Below, one piece after another: positions 48,140 to 57,586 of a stretch of DNA of 64,000 bases (its first letter is position 1; each line of letters opens with the position of its first letter). The notes beneath the pieces were generated by a model. That model saw only the letters and a program-made list of their open reading frames with translations. It had not been told where the DNA came from and made no database searches. Made by a program: the position numbers and the translations under genes. The DNA is from Candidatus Nomurabacteria bacterium (GTDB taxonomy: Bacteria > Patescibacteriota > Minisyncoccia > Phycocordibacterales > UBA9973). The stretch lies in NCBI GenBank assembly GCA_023267195.1, contig JAHFNT010000005.1, positions 14,875-78,874 on the forward strand, read 5' to 3'.

Positions 48140-49819
48140 ATGGAGAAAATTTTGCGAATTTTTACAAAAGAATCTGGCAGCATAAATCAAGCAGCCCTTC
48201 TTTTGGGTTCTCTTACTTTGCTTTCTCAAATTTTAGGGCTTCTCCGTGATCGATCTATTGCGCATTTCATCGGGCCCTCATCAACTCTCGATGCTTATTA
48301 TGCCGCTTTTCGCGTACCGGATCTTATTTTTATTTGTGTGGCATCGCTGGCCTCTGTTACGGTGATAATTCCTTTTATTGTTGCTCGGATGAATGGTGGA
48401 GAAGTAACCAAGGAAGCGCAAAAATACCTAAACGACATCTTTACGGTTTTTTTTAGTTTGATAGTCCTGGTTTCTTTAGCAGCATTTTTTCTGATGCCAT
48501 ATTTTGTGCATTATGTTGCCCCAGGTTTTACCGAGTATTATCAGGTAGAAGTTATTTTACTTTCTAGGATAATGTTGTTCTCGCCAATCTTGATGGGATT
48601 GTCAAATCTTTTTGGCTCCATTACCCAGCTTTTTCGGAAATTTTTTATTTATTCTTTAAGCCCGATTTTTTATAATTTGGGAATTATTGCCGGAGTTGTA
48701 CTTTTTTATCCCAAATTTGGAATTTCAGGATTAGCTTACGGGGTGGCACTGGGAGCTCTGATGCATTTTTTGGTGCAGGCTTTTGCTTCACATGGTTCTG
48801 GCTTTACCCCCCAGTTTTCCCTAACTATTAATTTTAAAGATATAAAACAAATAGCACTCACTTCGCTCCCGAGGACCATGGGTCTCGCTTTCAATAATCT
48901 CGCCCTGATTGCGATAATTGCTCTTGCTTCCTACTTAAAGAGTGGTTCTATCTCCGTATTCAATCTTTCTTTCAACCTTCAATCAGTACCGCTTAACATC
49001 ATAGGCATCTCATATGCGGTGGCCGCTTTTCCAACTCTGGCAAAATCTTTTGTTGGTGATAAAAAGGATGAATTCAAAAAACATTTGAAAGCTACTGCGA
49101 GAGCGATAGTTTTTTGGTCTTTGCCCGTTATCTTTCTTTTTATTGTGGTGCGGGCGCAGATTGTGCGCGTAATTTTGGGCTCCGGATCTTTTTCCTGGGA
49201 AGATACTCGTTTGGTGGCTGCCTGCCTAGCCATTTTTTCTATTTCAATTTTGGCCCAGGGTATGATCGCGCTTCTTTCTCGTTCGTATTATGCGACAGGG
49301 AATACTAAGCGCCCGCTGATTGTAAACTTTTCCTGTTCTGTTTTAATTATAATTTTATCCTACGTGCTTATTTATGTTTTCCAACATATGCCAATGTTCA
49401 GATATTTCATAGAATCATTGCTCAAGGTTAGCGATATCGCGGGGACGGAGGTATTGATGTTGCCACTCGCATATTCTATTGGCACAATTTTGAATTTTAT
49501 CCTGCATTGGATATTTATCAAGAAAGATTTCCTGCCAGACGAATCTTTCATTACTAAGACTTTCTTTCAGAGTTTGGGTGCGTCGTTTTTCTTGGGAGCT
49601 GTTGCTTATGTGAGTCTCAATATTCTCTCTCCAATTTTTGGCACGACGACTTTCTGGGGAGTTTTCTTACAGGGTTTTATTTCTGGTATTCTCGGCATTA
49701 TCGCTGCCGTGATCGTCTTGTATTTATTAAAGAACGAAGAATTAAAAGATCTTACTCAAACCCTCAAAACAAAATTCTGGCAGGCAAAAATCATCGCCCC
49801 AGCCCAAGAAGAGCTTTAA
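48140..49819 (+). CDS. murJ: Lipid II flippase MurJ/MviN
   Basis: LGLLRDR, DAYYAAFRVPD, AAFPTL, RSYYA. Confidence 0.92.
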   Translation: MEKILRIFTKESGSINQAALLLGSLTLLSQILGLLRDRSIAHFIGPSSTLDAYYAAFRVPDLIFICVASLASVTVIIPFIVARMNGGEVTKEAQKYLNDIFTVFFSLIVLVSLAAFFLMPYFVHYVAPGFTEYYQVEVILLSRIMLFSPILMGLSNLFGSITQLFRKFFIYSLSPIFYNLGIIAGVVLFYPKFGISGLAYGVALGALMHFLVQAFASHGSGFTPQFSLTINFKDIKQIALTSLPRTMGLAFNNLALIAIIALASYLKSGSISVFNLSFNLQSVPLNIIGISYAVAAFPTLAKSFVGDKKDEFKKHLKATARAIVFWSLPVIFLFIVVRAQIVRVILGSGSFSWEDTRLVAACLAIFSISILAQGMIALLSRSYYATGNTKRPLIVNFSCSVLIIILSYVLIYVFQHMPMFRYFIESLLKVSDIAGTEVLMLPLAYSIGTILNFILHWIFIKKDFLPDESFITKTFFQSLGASFFLGAVAYVSLNILSPIFGTTTFWGVFLQGFISGILGIIAAVIVLYLLKNEELKDLTQTLKTKFWQAKIIAPAQEEL

Positions 49820-49891
49820 ACTTAACGTTTTTATTTCTACGTGGTATAATGACGAAACGGACGGAAATGTCCATTTTTCTGTTTTAATGAT

Positions 49892-51667
49892 ATGGAAAAA
49901 GATTATTCAAATTTACACCGAAATTTGGTGCTCAAATATTTTTGGCAAGTAATTAGAAATTATAAAGTTTCTTTTTTTACCATTATTATTAGCATAATAA
50001 TTTTTGTTGGTTTTGATATTTTTATTCCTTTACAGTTTCTTAAACTTTGGAACATATTGAGTTCTAGCAATTTTGACTCTATAAATAATGCAAGAAGCAT
50101 AGTTATCCTTATCCTTATTTTGGGGCTCATTCGCATGTTGTTTAGACGACTTATGGATTTTTCAAGTTCTTACCTAAAAGCAAATGTTATGGCAGGACTT
50201 CGCGAACAGGCATTTTCTTATATGATTGGACATTCACACTCTTTTTTTGCAAATAAATTTGCAGGATCTTTAACCCAAAAGATAGGTAAATATGCTAGAT
50301 CTTTTGACAGATTGATGGATGGGTTAATTAGAGATGGGATTCCATTAATTATTAGGTCTGCCGGTACTATTATTGCTATTTATTTTATCGCCCCCAAATA
50401 CGCTTATATATTAGCTGTGTTTTGTTTTATATTTTTGGTGACAGCTTTAATTTACACTAGACTTAAATTAAAATATGATGTAATTGCTGCTTTAGCAGAT
50501 ACAAAAACTACTGGAGTACTAGCTGACTCAATAAGTAACCATTCTTCCATTCAACTATTCACAGGCCATGAATACGAAAGAGAACGTGTTGGTAGAGTTA
50601 TTCAAGAACAAAAAAAGGTGACCCTTTTTAATTGGAACTTATGGAATGGATTAGGTGCCATACAGGTCTCTTATGTATTAACTATAGAATTTATTATTTT
50701 TTGGACCGCTATTGGTGACTGGAGAGTTGGGCTAATAGGGTTGCCAGTAATAGTACTTATCCAGAGTTATTTTGGTCGTTTAATGGACGGTCTTTGGGAT
50801 TTTGCAGGCATTATACGCATTTTTTATGATGGTTTTGCCGATGCGCAAGAAATGGCGCTTATTTTAAACACACCCTATGAAATTCTTGATAAAACAGCAG
50901 AAGTTGTCAGGAACCCAGGAGGGGGAATTGTTTTTGATAATGTAACTTATGTTTATGAAAATAATACCTCAAAAGTGTTAGATAATTTTTCTCTAATCAT
51001 TCCCGTGGGACAAAAAATTGCAATTGTTGGTTCCTCAGGAGCAGGAAAAACAACATTTGTTCGTCTTTTAATGAGATTGTTTGATCTTACTTCTGGAAAA
51101 ATTATGATTGATGGGATTGATATAAGTAAAATTTCTCAACAAAATCTTCGAGAGCAGATTGCTTTTGTGCCACAAGACCCGGTCTTGTTTCACCGTACTC
51201 TTATGGAGAATATTCGTTATGGTAGGCGTGATGCGACAGATGAAGAAGTTTTAGATGCTGCACGCCTTTCACACTGTAATGATTTTATTGCAACCTTACC
51301 AGAAGGATATGAAACGAAGGTGGGTGAAAGAGGAATTAAACTTTCAGGGGGAGAACGTCAGCGTGTAGCTATTGCCCGGGCAATTTTAAAAAATGCACCA
51401 ATTTTAATTTTAGACGAGGCGACTTCTTCGCTGGACTCTCATTCTGAATATTTAATTCAAGATGCATTACGCACGCTCATGAGGGGCAAAACAACAATTG
51501 TTATTGCACACAGGCTTTCAACTATACGTGAGATGGATAGAATTGTTGTAATAGAAAAAGGAAAAATTATTGAGGATGGGGGGCACAATGAACTCTTGAA
51601 TCAAGAGGGTGGATTATATAAAAAATTGTGGGACCTGCAAGCGGGAGGATTTAAAAATATAATATAG
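49892..51667 (+). CDS. ABC exporter, fused permease/ATPase
   Basis: TMD plus GSSGAGKTT, LSGGERQR, LDEATSSLD. Confidence 0.93.
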   Translation: MEKDYSNLHRNLVLKYFWQVIRNYKVSFFTIIISIIIFVGFDIFIPLQFLKLWNILSSSNFDSINNARSIVILILILGLIRMLFRRLMDFSSSYLKANVMAGLREQAFSYMIGHSHSFFANKFAGSLTQKIGKYARSFDRLMDGLIRDGIPLIIRSAGTIIAIYFIAPKYAYILAVFCFIFLVTALIYTRLKLKYDVIAALADTKTTGVLADSISNHSSIQLFTGHEYERERVGRVIQEQKKVTLFNWNLWNGLGAIQVSYVLTIEFIIFWTAIGDWRVGLIGLPVIVLIQSYFGRLMDGLWDFAGIIRIFYDGFADAQEMALILNTPYEILDKTAEVVRNPGGGIVFDNVTYVYENNTSKVLDNFSLIIPVGQKIAIVGSSGAGKTTFVRLLMRLFDLTSGKIMIDGIDISKISQQNLREQIAFVPQDPVLFHRTLMENIRYGRRDATDEEVLDAARLSHCNDFIATLPEGYETKVGERGIKLSGGERQRVAIARAILKNAPILILDEATSSLDSHSEYLIQDALRTLMRGKTTIVIAHRLSTIREMDRIVVIEKGKIIEDGGHNELLNQEGGLYKKLWDLQAGGFKNII

Positions 51668-51670
51668 TTT

Positions 51671-53497
51671 ATGGATCTCAAACACATCAGAAATTTTTCA
51701 ATCATCGCGCACATTGATCACGGCAAGAGCACCTTGGCAGATAGAATGCTTGAGATCACGCATACAATCGAAACTCGCAAAATGCGAGATCAGGTACTGG
51801 ATTCAATGGATTTGGAACGAGAGCGGGGGATTACCATCAAAATGCAACCTGTGCGAATGGAGTATGAATTTAAAGGGGAAAAATATATTTTAAACCTGAT
51901 CGATACCCCTGGGCACATAGATTTTTCCTATGAGGTTTCTCGCGCTTTAAAGGCCGTAGAAGGCTCTATTTTGCTCATAGATTCTACCCAGGGGGTACAA
52001 GCTCAGACTCTTACCACGCTTAATATGGCACGTCAGGGAGGCCTTAAAATCATCCCTGTGCTGTCTAAAATTGACTCCCTGTTGTCTAGGGTACCCGAAG
52101 TAAGAGAAGAGGTTATAAAGCTTTTAAATTGCGACCCGGAAGAAATCTTATTAGTCTCTGGTCGTACAGGTGAGGGAGTAGAAAATTTATTGCAAGAGGT
52201 TATAAAACGAGTACCAGAGCCCGTAGAAACAAATCATGGGGAAAATATATTGCGCGCGCTTGTTTTCGATTTTAAATATTCCAACCATAAAGGGGTGATA
52301 GTTTTTGTGCGGGTGCTTGATGGCAAAGTTCAAAAAGGGGATACCCTGCTTTTCGCTGTTTCGGAAGAAAAATTTATTGCGCTCGAAGTTGGTATTTTTT
52401 CACCCGAGGAAACCCCGCGCGATTCTCTTTCAGGTGGAGAGACAGGTTATATCGTTACCGGAATTAAAAAGCCTGGCATAGCTTCTGTTGGAGATACAAT
52501 TACCATGTTTAAAAACCCCTTACCAGCCTTTCCCGGTTATAGGCAACCGATGCCTGTTGTTTGGGCTTCAGTTTTTCCGGAAGATGCGGACGATTTTGCT
52601 GAATTAAAACTTGCCTTGGGTAAATTAAAACTTTCTGACTCAGCTTTCTCTTACGAAGAAGAGGCTTCAGGTTCCCTGGGGAAAGGATTCAGATGTGGAT
52701 TTTTGGGAATGCTTCATCTGGAAATTATCACCGAGCGTTTAAAACGCGAATTCAATCTGGAGTTGGTTATCACCACCCCTTCTATCACCTATGAAGTTTT
52801 ACTGAAAAATGGCCCCTCGGTTCCGCTCGGGACAGGCAAGCGCGAAAAAATTTATTCCCCATACTTTTTTCCCGACGACGGTCTTGTGGAAAAAGTTTTT
52901 GAGCCTTGGGTAAATTTAAAAATAATTACCCCAGTAGAATACATTGGTAGCATCATGCAGCTTTTGTTTGACCACGAAGGGGAAATAGGCGAAACGGATA
53001 ATTTTGGGGACAATAGGTCATCCATCTCAGTGCAGATTCCTTTGCGTGAACTGATGCGCAACTTTTTCGATGAATTAAAAAGTGCCACTTCGGGCTATGG
53101 TTCCATTTCCTATGAAATGGGCGAGATGCGCGAGGCAAATGTAACCAGGCTTGATTTATTGGTGGCGGATGAAGTGATACCGGCTTTCTCTAGGGTTGTA
53201 TCAAGAAAAAGAGCCGAAGAAGAAGCAGAAGAAGCAGTTGAAAAACTGGCAAATCTTTTGCCCAGGCAGATGTTTACTCTGAAAATTCAGGGTCGGGCGC
53301 TTGGGCGAATTATTTCTTCACGCACTCTCTCAGGGATGAAAAAAGATGTCACTCAACACATGTATGGGGGCGATATTACTCGCAAAATGAAACTTCGTGA
53401 GAAGCAAAAGAAAGGCAAGAAGAAAATGAAAGAAAGAGGGAAAGTAAATATTCCACAAGATGTGTTTTTAAAGATGATGCGCGCCGGTGAAAAATAG
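51671..53497 (+). CDS. lepA: Elongation factor 4
   Basis: AHIDHGKST, ERGITIK, GFLGMLH, YGGDITRK. Confidence 0.97.
   Translation: MDLKHIRNFSIIAHIDHGKSTLADRMLEITHTIETRKMRDQVLDSMDLERERGITIKMQPVRMEYEFKGEKYILNLIDTPGHIDFSYEVSRALKAVEGSILLIDSTQGVQAQTLTTLNMARQGGLKIIPVLSKIDSLLSRVPEVREEVIKLLNCDPEEILLVSGRTGEGVENLLQEVIKRVPEPVETNHGENILRALVFDFKYSNHKGVIVFVRVLDGKVQKGDTLLFAVSEEKFIALEVGIFSPEETPRDSLSGGETGYIVTGIKKPGIASVGDTITMFKNPLPAFPGYRQPMPVVWASVFPEDADDFAELKLALGKLKLSDSAFSYEEEASGSLGKGFRCGFLGMLHLEIITERLKREFNLELVITTPSITYEVLLKNGPSVPLGTGKREKIYSPYFFPDDGLVEKVFEPWVNLKIITPVEYIGSIMQLLFDHEGEIGETDNFGDNRSSISVQIPLRELMRNFFDELKSATSGYGSISYEMGEMREANVTRLDLLVADEVIPAFSRVVSRKRAEEEAEEAVEKLANLLPRQMFTLKIQGRALGRIISSRTLSGMKKDVTQHMYGGDITRKMKLREKQKKGKKKMKERGKVNIPQDVFLKMMRAGEK
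52811..52837 (+). repeat. In-frame hairpin element in lepA (GPSVPLGTG) flanked by a GGC direct repeat
   Basis: GGC-CCC-TCG-gttccg-CTC-GGG-aca-GGC; the GGC copies are 24 nt apart. Confidence 0.75.
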
Positions 53498-53508
53498 GTT
53501 GAAATATT

Positions 53509-53616
53509 TTATCTAAATATTGGGCTATAAAGCAGAATCATACTGATGATTATCAGTATGCTTACTACCGCCCAAGCAAACTGTATTCTCTTTTGATGTT
53601 TTTTATTGAAAAGCAT
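53509..53616 (-). CDS. 35-aa single-TM small protein (not in ORF track)
   Basis: MLFNKKHQKRIQFAWAVVSILIIISMILLYSPIFR; upstream TGcTATACT. Confidence 0.65.
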   Translation of the reverse strand: MLFNKKHQKRIQFAWAVVSILIIISMILLYSPIFR

Positions 53617-53649
53617 ATACTAGAGCGTAGTATAGCATATTTTTATTTT

Positions 53650-54024
53650 ATGAGAAATTTTAATCACAATGGACGATTAGAACGTGCAATACGGTCAAAA
53701 CCAGTTTTAATACTTCTCGGTATTTTGATATTGATTTTTTCGTGGAGTACTTTACGTTTTTGGAACAAAATGAGAGAAACAGCCCAAAATAAAGAGTTAG
53801 TTGAAAGTAAAGTAGCGGAATTAGAAAAACAAAAAGAAAAACTCACAAATGACATCAATAGTTTAAAAACATCAGACGGTAAGGAAAAAGTTTTTCGAGA
53901 TAGTTTTGGATTGGCGAAAGACGGAGAAGAGGTTATCGTGATCGTGGATGATAAGAATGCACAAAAGGCGTCTGAAGAAGATTCCAAAGGATTTTTCTCT
54001 TTTTTAAAGAATTGGTTTAAATGA
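53650..54024 (+). CDS. Septum formation initiator FtsB/DivIC family
   Basis: TM, coiled coil, EKVFRDSFGLAKDGEEVI. Confidence 0.8.
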   Translation: MRNFNHNGRLERAIRSKPVLILLGILILIFSWSTLRFWNKMRETAQNKELVESKVAELEKQKEKLTNDINSLKTSDGKEKVFRDSFGLAKDGEEVIVIVDDKNAQKASEEDSKGFFSFLKNWFK

Positions 54025-54045
54025 ATAATATGCTACAATTAGGGT

Positions 54046-55062
54046 ATGAAAATTGCATTTTTTGAAGTTTCAGTGCCTAAAGTAGACGAGCCCTTGGTTT
54101 TACAGGCGCTCGCTGGCAACCAAGTTTATTTTTATGAAGAGAAATTAAATGAAAGTACTCTGGAGAAAGCAAAAGAGGCTGATATTATTTCAGTCTTTAT
54201 AAATTCAACAATTGATAACAAGGTAATTGATGCCTTGCCTAATTTGAAATTCATAGCTGCTCGCTCTACTGGGTTTGACCACATTGATTGCGAGTATGCT
54301 AAAGCTAAAGGGATAAAAGTTTCTAACGTTTCTGCTTATGGCTCTCATACAGTGGCGGAGTTTGCATTGGGATTAATTTTAACTTTTGCCAGAAATATAA
54401 AGTTAAATGCTGATAATTATATTAAAGAATCTGCCAACTTTGATTACTCTAAAGCGATGGCAGGATTTGATTTATGTGGCAAGACTTTGGGAGTTATCGG
54501 TACTGGCAAGATTGGCAAGAATTTAATTAAAATAGCCAAGGGGCTTGAGATGAAAATTGTGGCACATGATTTATTCCCAGATTTAGATTTTGCCAGAGAA
54601 AATAACTTTGAGTACAAAAGCCTGAAGGAAGTTATTTCTGTTTCCGATATTGTTTCTTTGCATACTCCATACAGCAAGGAAAATCATCACCTAATAAACC
54701 AAGAAATTATTTCTAAAATGAAAAAAGGCGTTTACCTTATAAACACAGCGCGAGGGGAGCTTGTAGACACTACGGCTCTAGTCTCTGGGTTGAGAAATGG
54801 TACTATTGCTGGTTTTGGTGCTGATGTGATTGAAGCGGAAAAACAATTTAAAAATGAAGCTCAATTATCTTCTGCTCAAAAATTAACAGAAGAAGAAAAG
54901 GTAATAATTAATTTAAATCACGAACTTATGAAAATGCCTAACGTAGTAATTACTCCACATATAGCCTTTTTTACCCATGAAGCAGTGGCAGTAATTTTAC
55001 AAACAACAATTGATAACATCAGGGCCTTTATTTCCAGCAATCCTATTAATTTAGTAAATTAG
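54046..55062 (+). CDS. D-isomer-specific 2-hydroxyacid dehydrogenase
   Basis: RSTGFDHID, GTGKIG, INTARG, TPHIAF. Confidence 0.92.
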   Translation: MKIAFFEVSVPKVDEPLVLQALAGNQVYFYEEKLNESTLEKAKEADIISVFINSTIDNKVIDALPNLKFIAARSTGFDHIDCEYAKAKGIKVSNVSAYGSHTVAEFALGLILTFARNIKLNADNYIKESANFDYSKAMAGFDLCGKTLGVIGTGKIGKNLIKIAKGLEMKIVAHDLFPDLDFARENNFEYKSLKEVISVSDIVSLHTPYSKENHHLINQEIISKMKKGVYLINTARGELVDTTALVSGLRNGTIAGFGADVIEAEKQFKNEAQLSSAQKLTEEEKVIINLNHELMKMPNVVITPHIAFFTHEAVAVILQTTIDNIRAFISSNPINLVN

Positions 55063-55068
55063 AAAGAT

Positions 55069-56358
55069 ATGCAAAAAAGCTTGATTCAGAATTTTGATGA
55101 GTTGGCTGTGACTTCGAATCGCAAGATGGCTCTAGAAATAATGGAGTCTGGGTTAAAAGCTATCAATACCAAAGAAGTTATTTTTAATTCTGTTAAGTTG
55201 ACGGGGAATGTTTTAAATATTGAGGGGCAAAGTTTTGATTTGTCTAAATTTAAAAAGATCAAGATTGTTGGTTTTGGAAAATCTTCCCCAGAAGCCGCGC
55301 TGGCCCTAGAGAATATTTTAGGTGGAAAGATTGACGCTGGGGTAGTAATTGGACTTTCCAAAATAAATTTAAAATATATTGAAACCTTTGTTGGTAGCCA
55401 CCCTCGGCCCAGTGAAGTTAATTTCGAAGCTGGGGAGAAAATATATAAAATCGCCGAGAATGCCACCGAGGATGATTTGGTCATTGTAATTGTTTCCGGA
55501 GGAGGTTCGGCGCTCTTGTGCCATGGTAAAGAGGAGTGCGAAAGCGGAATCAAACTTTATGATTCTTTTTTAAAATCCGGAAAAACAATTGCCGAAATAA
55601 ATACTGTCAGAAAACACCTGTCGTTTTTGAAAGGCGGAGGCTTGGCTAAAATCGCTTACCCGGCCACGATTGTAGCGCTTATTTTTTCAGACATACCCGG
55701 AGATAATTTTGAAAATGTTGCTTCCGGACCGACCTATAAAGATATGACTACGGTGGATGATGCAAATAAAATTATTAGAGAAAATAACCTAGGAGAATTC
55801 AACTTAATTGAAACTCCAAAGGAGGATAAATATTTTGAAAAAGTTCACAATTTTGTTTTAGTTTCCAATCAGACCGCGGTAGAAGCGATGGCGCAAAAAG
55901 CGCAAGAATTTAATTTAGAGACAGACATTATTTCCACCCGATTGTTCGATGAAGCAAGCAGTGTTTTAAAGAAAATATTTTCTTCCAAGCTTTATTTCCA
56001 CAAAGAAAATTCTGTTGTCTTGGCTGCCGGTGAGCCTAGTATTGTGATTTCTCCAAATAGAGGCAAGGGTGGGAGGAATATGCATATGGGGTTATTGGCC
56101 ATAAAGAATAAAACCATTGATGAAAATACTGTTTTTATTTCTTTTGCCTCTGATGGCATGGACAACAGCGATGCGGCTGGAGTTGTCGTGGATAAAATTA
56201 ACATAAAAAATGCAGAAAAACTAAGATTGGATGTAGATGACTATCTGGAGCGTTTTGATTCCTATTCTTTTTTTTCTAAAGCAGGTGGTATAATCAAGAC
56301 TGGCCCTACGGGTGCCAATGTTTCTGATTTAATGATTTTGTTAAAGAAAAAATTATGA
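55069..56358 (+). CDS. Glycerate 2-kinase (MOFRL/DUF4147 type)
   Basis: GFGK, HPRP, SGGGSAL, VRKHLS..KGG, GGRN, SDGMD, TGANVSD. Confidence 0.9.
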   Translation: MQKSLIQNFDELAVTSNRKMALEIMESGLKAINTKEVIFNSVKLTGNVLNIEGQSFDLSKFKKIKIVGFGKSSPEAALALENILGGKIDAGVVIGLSKINLKYIETFVGSHPRPSEVNFEAGEKIYKIAENATEDDLVIVIVSGGGSALLCHGKEECESGIKLYDSFLKSGKTIAEINTVRKHLSFLKGGGLAKIAYPATIVALIFSDIPGDNFENVASGPTYKDMTTVDDANKIIRENNLGEFNLIETPKEDKYFEKVHNFVLVSNQTAVEAMAQKAQEFNLETDIISTRLFDEASSVLKKIFSSKLYFHKENSVVLAAGEPSIVISPNRGKGGRNMHMGLLAIKNKTIDENTVFISFASDGMDNSDAAGVVVDKINIKNAEKLRLDVDDYLERFDSYSFFSKAGGIIKTGPTGANVSDLMILLKKKL

Positions 56359-57578
56359 ACAAGATTACTAAAATCATCGCGGAAGAAATAAAAGATTCAA
56401 GGGGTAATCCGACAATCAAGACCACAGTTTTTTGTGGGGAAAAATTCGCCAGTTTTTCTGTGCCTTCAGGGGCATCTACCGGCGCGCATGAAGCTCATGA
56501 ATTGCGCGATGAAGACGGAAAGGGTGTGAAAATTGCAATAGATAAAGTCAACAATGCCATTGCCCCCTTGCTTCTTGGTCAGGACGTTTTTAATCAAATG
56601 GAAATAGACAGAATGATGATTGAGCTTGATGGAACCTACAATAAAGACAATCTCGGCGCTAATTCTATGGTGGGTGTGAGTATCGCCTGCGCTAAAGTCG
56701 CTGCCATCCTTTCCGGAAAAGAAATTTTTGAATATTTACAGACCCTTGCCCAAATAAAACATTCCCGGAAGGTTCCTTATTTATATATGAATTTAATAAA
56801 TGGAGGCAAACATGCCCACAATAATCTTGTATTTCAAGAATATATGATTGTACCAGACACCGATAATGCAAAGGAGGCAGTAGAAATTGGCATAAAAATT
56901 CAAAATAGTTTAAGGGAAATAATAATCAATGAACTAGGAAGAGAGTCTATTATACTTGGCGACGAAGGGGGTTTTGCGCCAAAAATAAGTGACATAAAAC
57001 AACCTCTCTTTTATCTGAATAAGGCCATAAAAGAAAATCATTTAGAAGGCAGAGTTCGGTTTGCCATGGATGTTGCTTCTTCCTCTTTCTATGGAGGTGA
57101 AACTTATATAATAAATGGTAAAGATACTAAAAAAGAAGAATTGCTGGATTTTTATAATTCATTGGTCAAAGAGTTTGGTCTGTTTTCCATAGAGGATCCG
57201 TTTGATGAAGAGGATTTTGACAGTTTTAAAAAATTAAAAAATGATAACAAAAATCTCTTGGTTGTGGGGGATGACTTAACTGTAACCAATATTTCGCTTC
57301 TGGAAAAGGCAATCAAAAAAGACAGCATCAATGCGATAATCATCAAGCCAAATCAGATAGGTACGCTTTCTGAAACACTCAAAGCTATGCAGTTGGCTCG
57401 AGAGAATGGCGTAGAAATTATTGTCAGTCACAGGAGCGGGGAGACAGATGATGATTTTATTGCAGATCTTGCCTTTGCGTTTAAATGTTTTGGTTTGAAG
57501 GCTGGCGCTCCAGCTAAACCGGAAAGAATGATAAAATATCAAAGGTTGATGCAGATTGCTAGCCGCTCCAGCGCCTAG
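56355..57578 (+). CDS. eno: Enolase
   Basis: DSRGNPT, PSGASTG, GDEGGF, VGDDL, SHRSGET. Confidence 0.96.
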   Translation: MNKITKIIAEEIKDSRGNPTIKTTVFCGEKFASFSVPSGASTGAHEAHELRDEDGKGVKIAIDKVNNAIAPLLLGQDVFNQMEIDRMMIELDGTYNKDNLGANSMVGVSIACAKVAAILSGKEIFEYLQTLAQIKHSRKVPYLYMNLINGGKHAHNNLVFQEYMIVPDTDNAKEAVEIGIKIQNSLREIIINELGRESIILGDEGGFAPKISDIKQPLFYLNKAIKENHLEGRVRFAMDVASSSFYGGETYIINGKDTKKEELLDFYNSLVKEFGLFSIEDPFDEEDFDSFKKLKNDNKNLLVVGDDLTVTNISLLEKAIKKDSINAIIIKPNQIGTLSETLKAMQLARENGVEIIVSHRSGETDDDFIADLAFAFKCFGLKAGAPAKPERMIKYQRLMQIASRSSA

Positions 57579-57586
57579 ACAAATTT

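Noticed and set aside
53539-53560. 9-bp inverted repeat catactgat-gatt-atcagtatg
   Set aside because: Lies within the small TM ORF with no U-tract; may help terminate lepA but is unsupported
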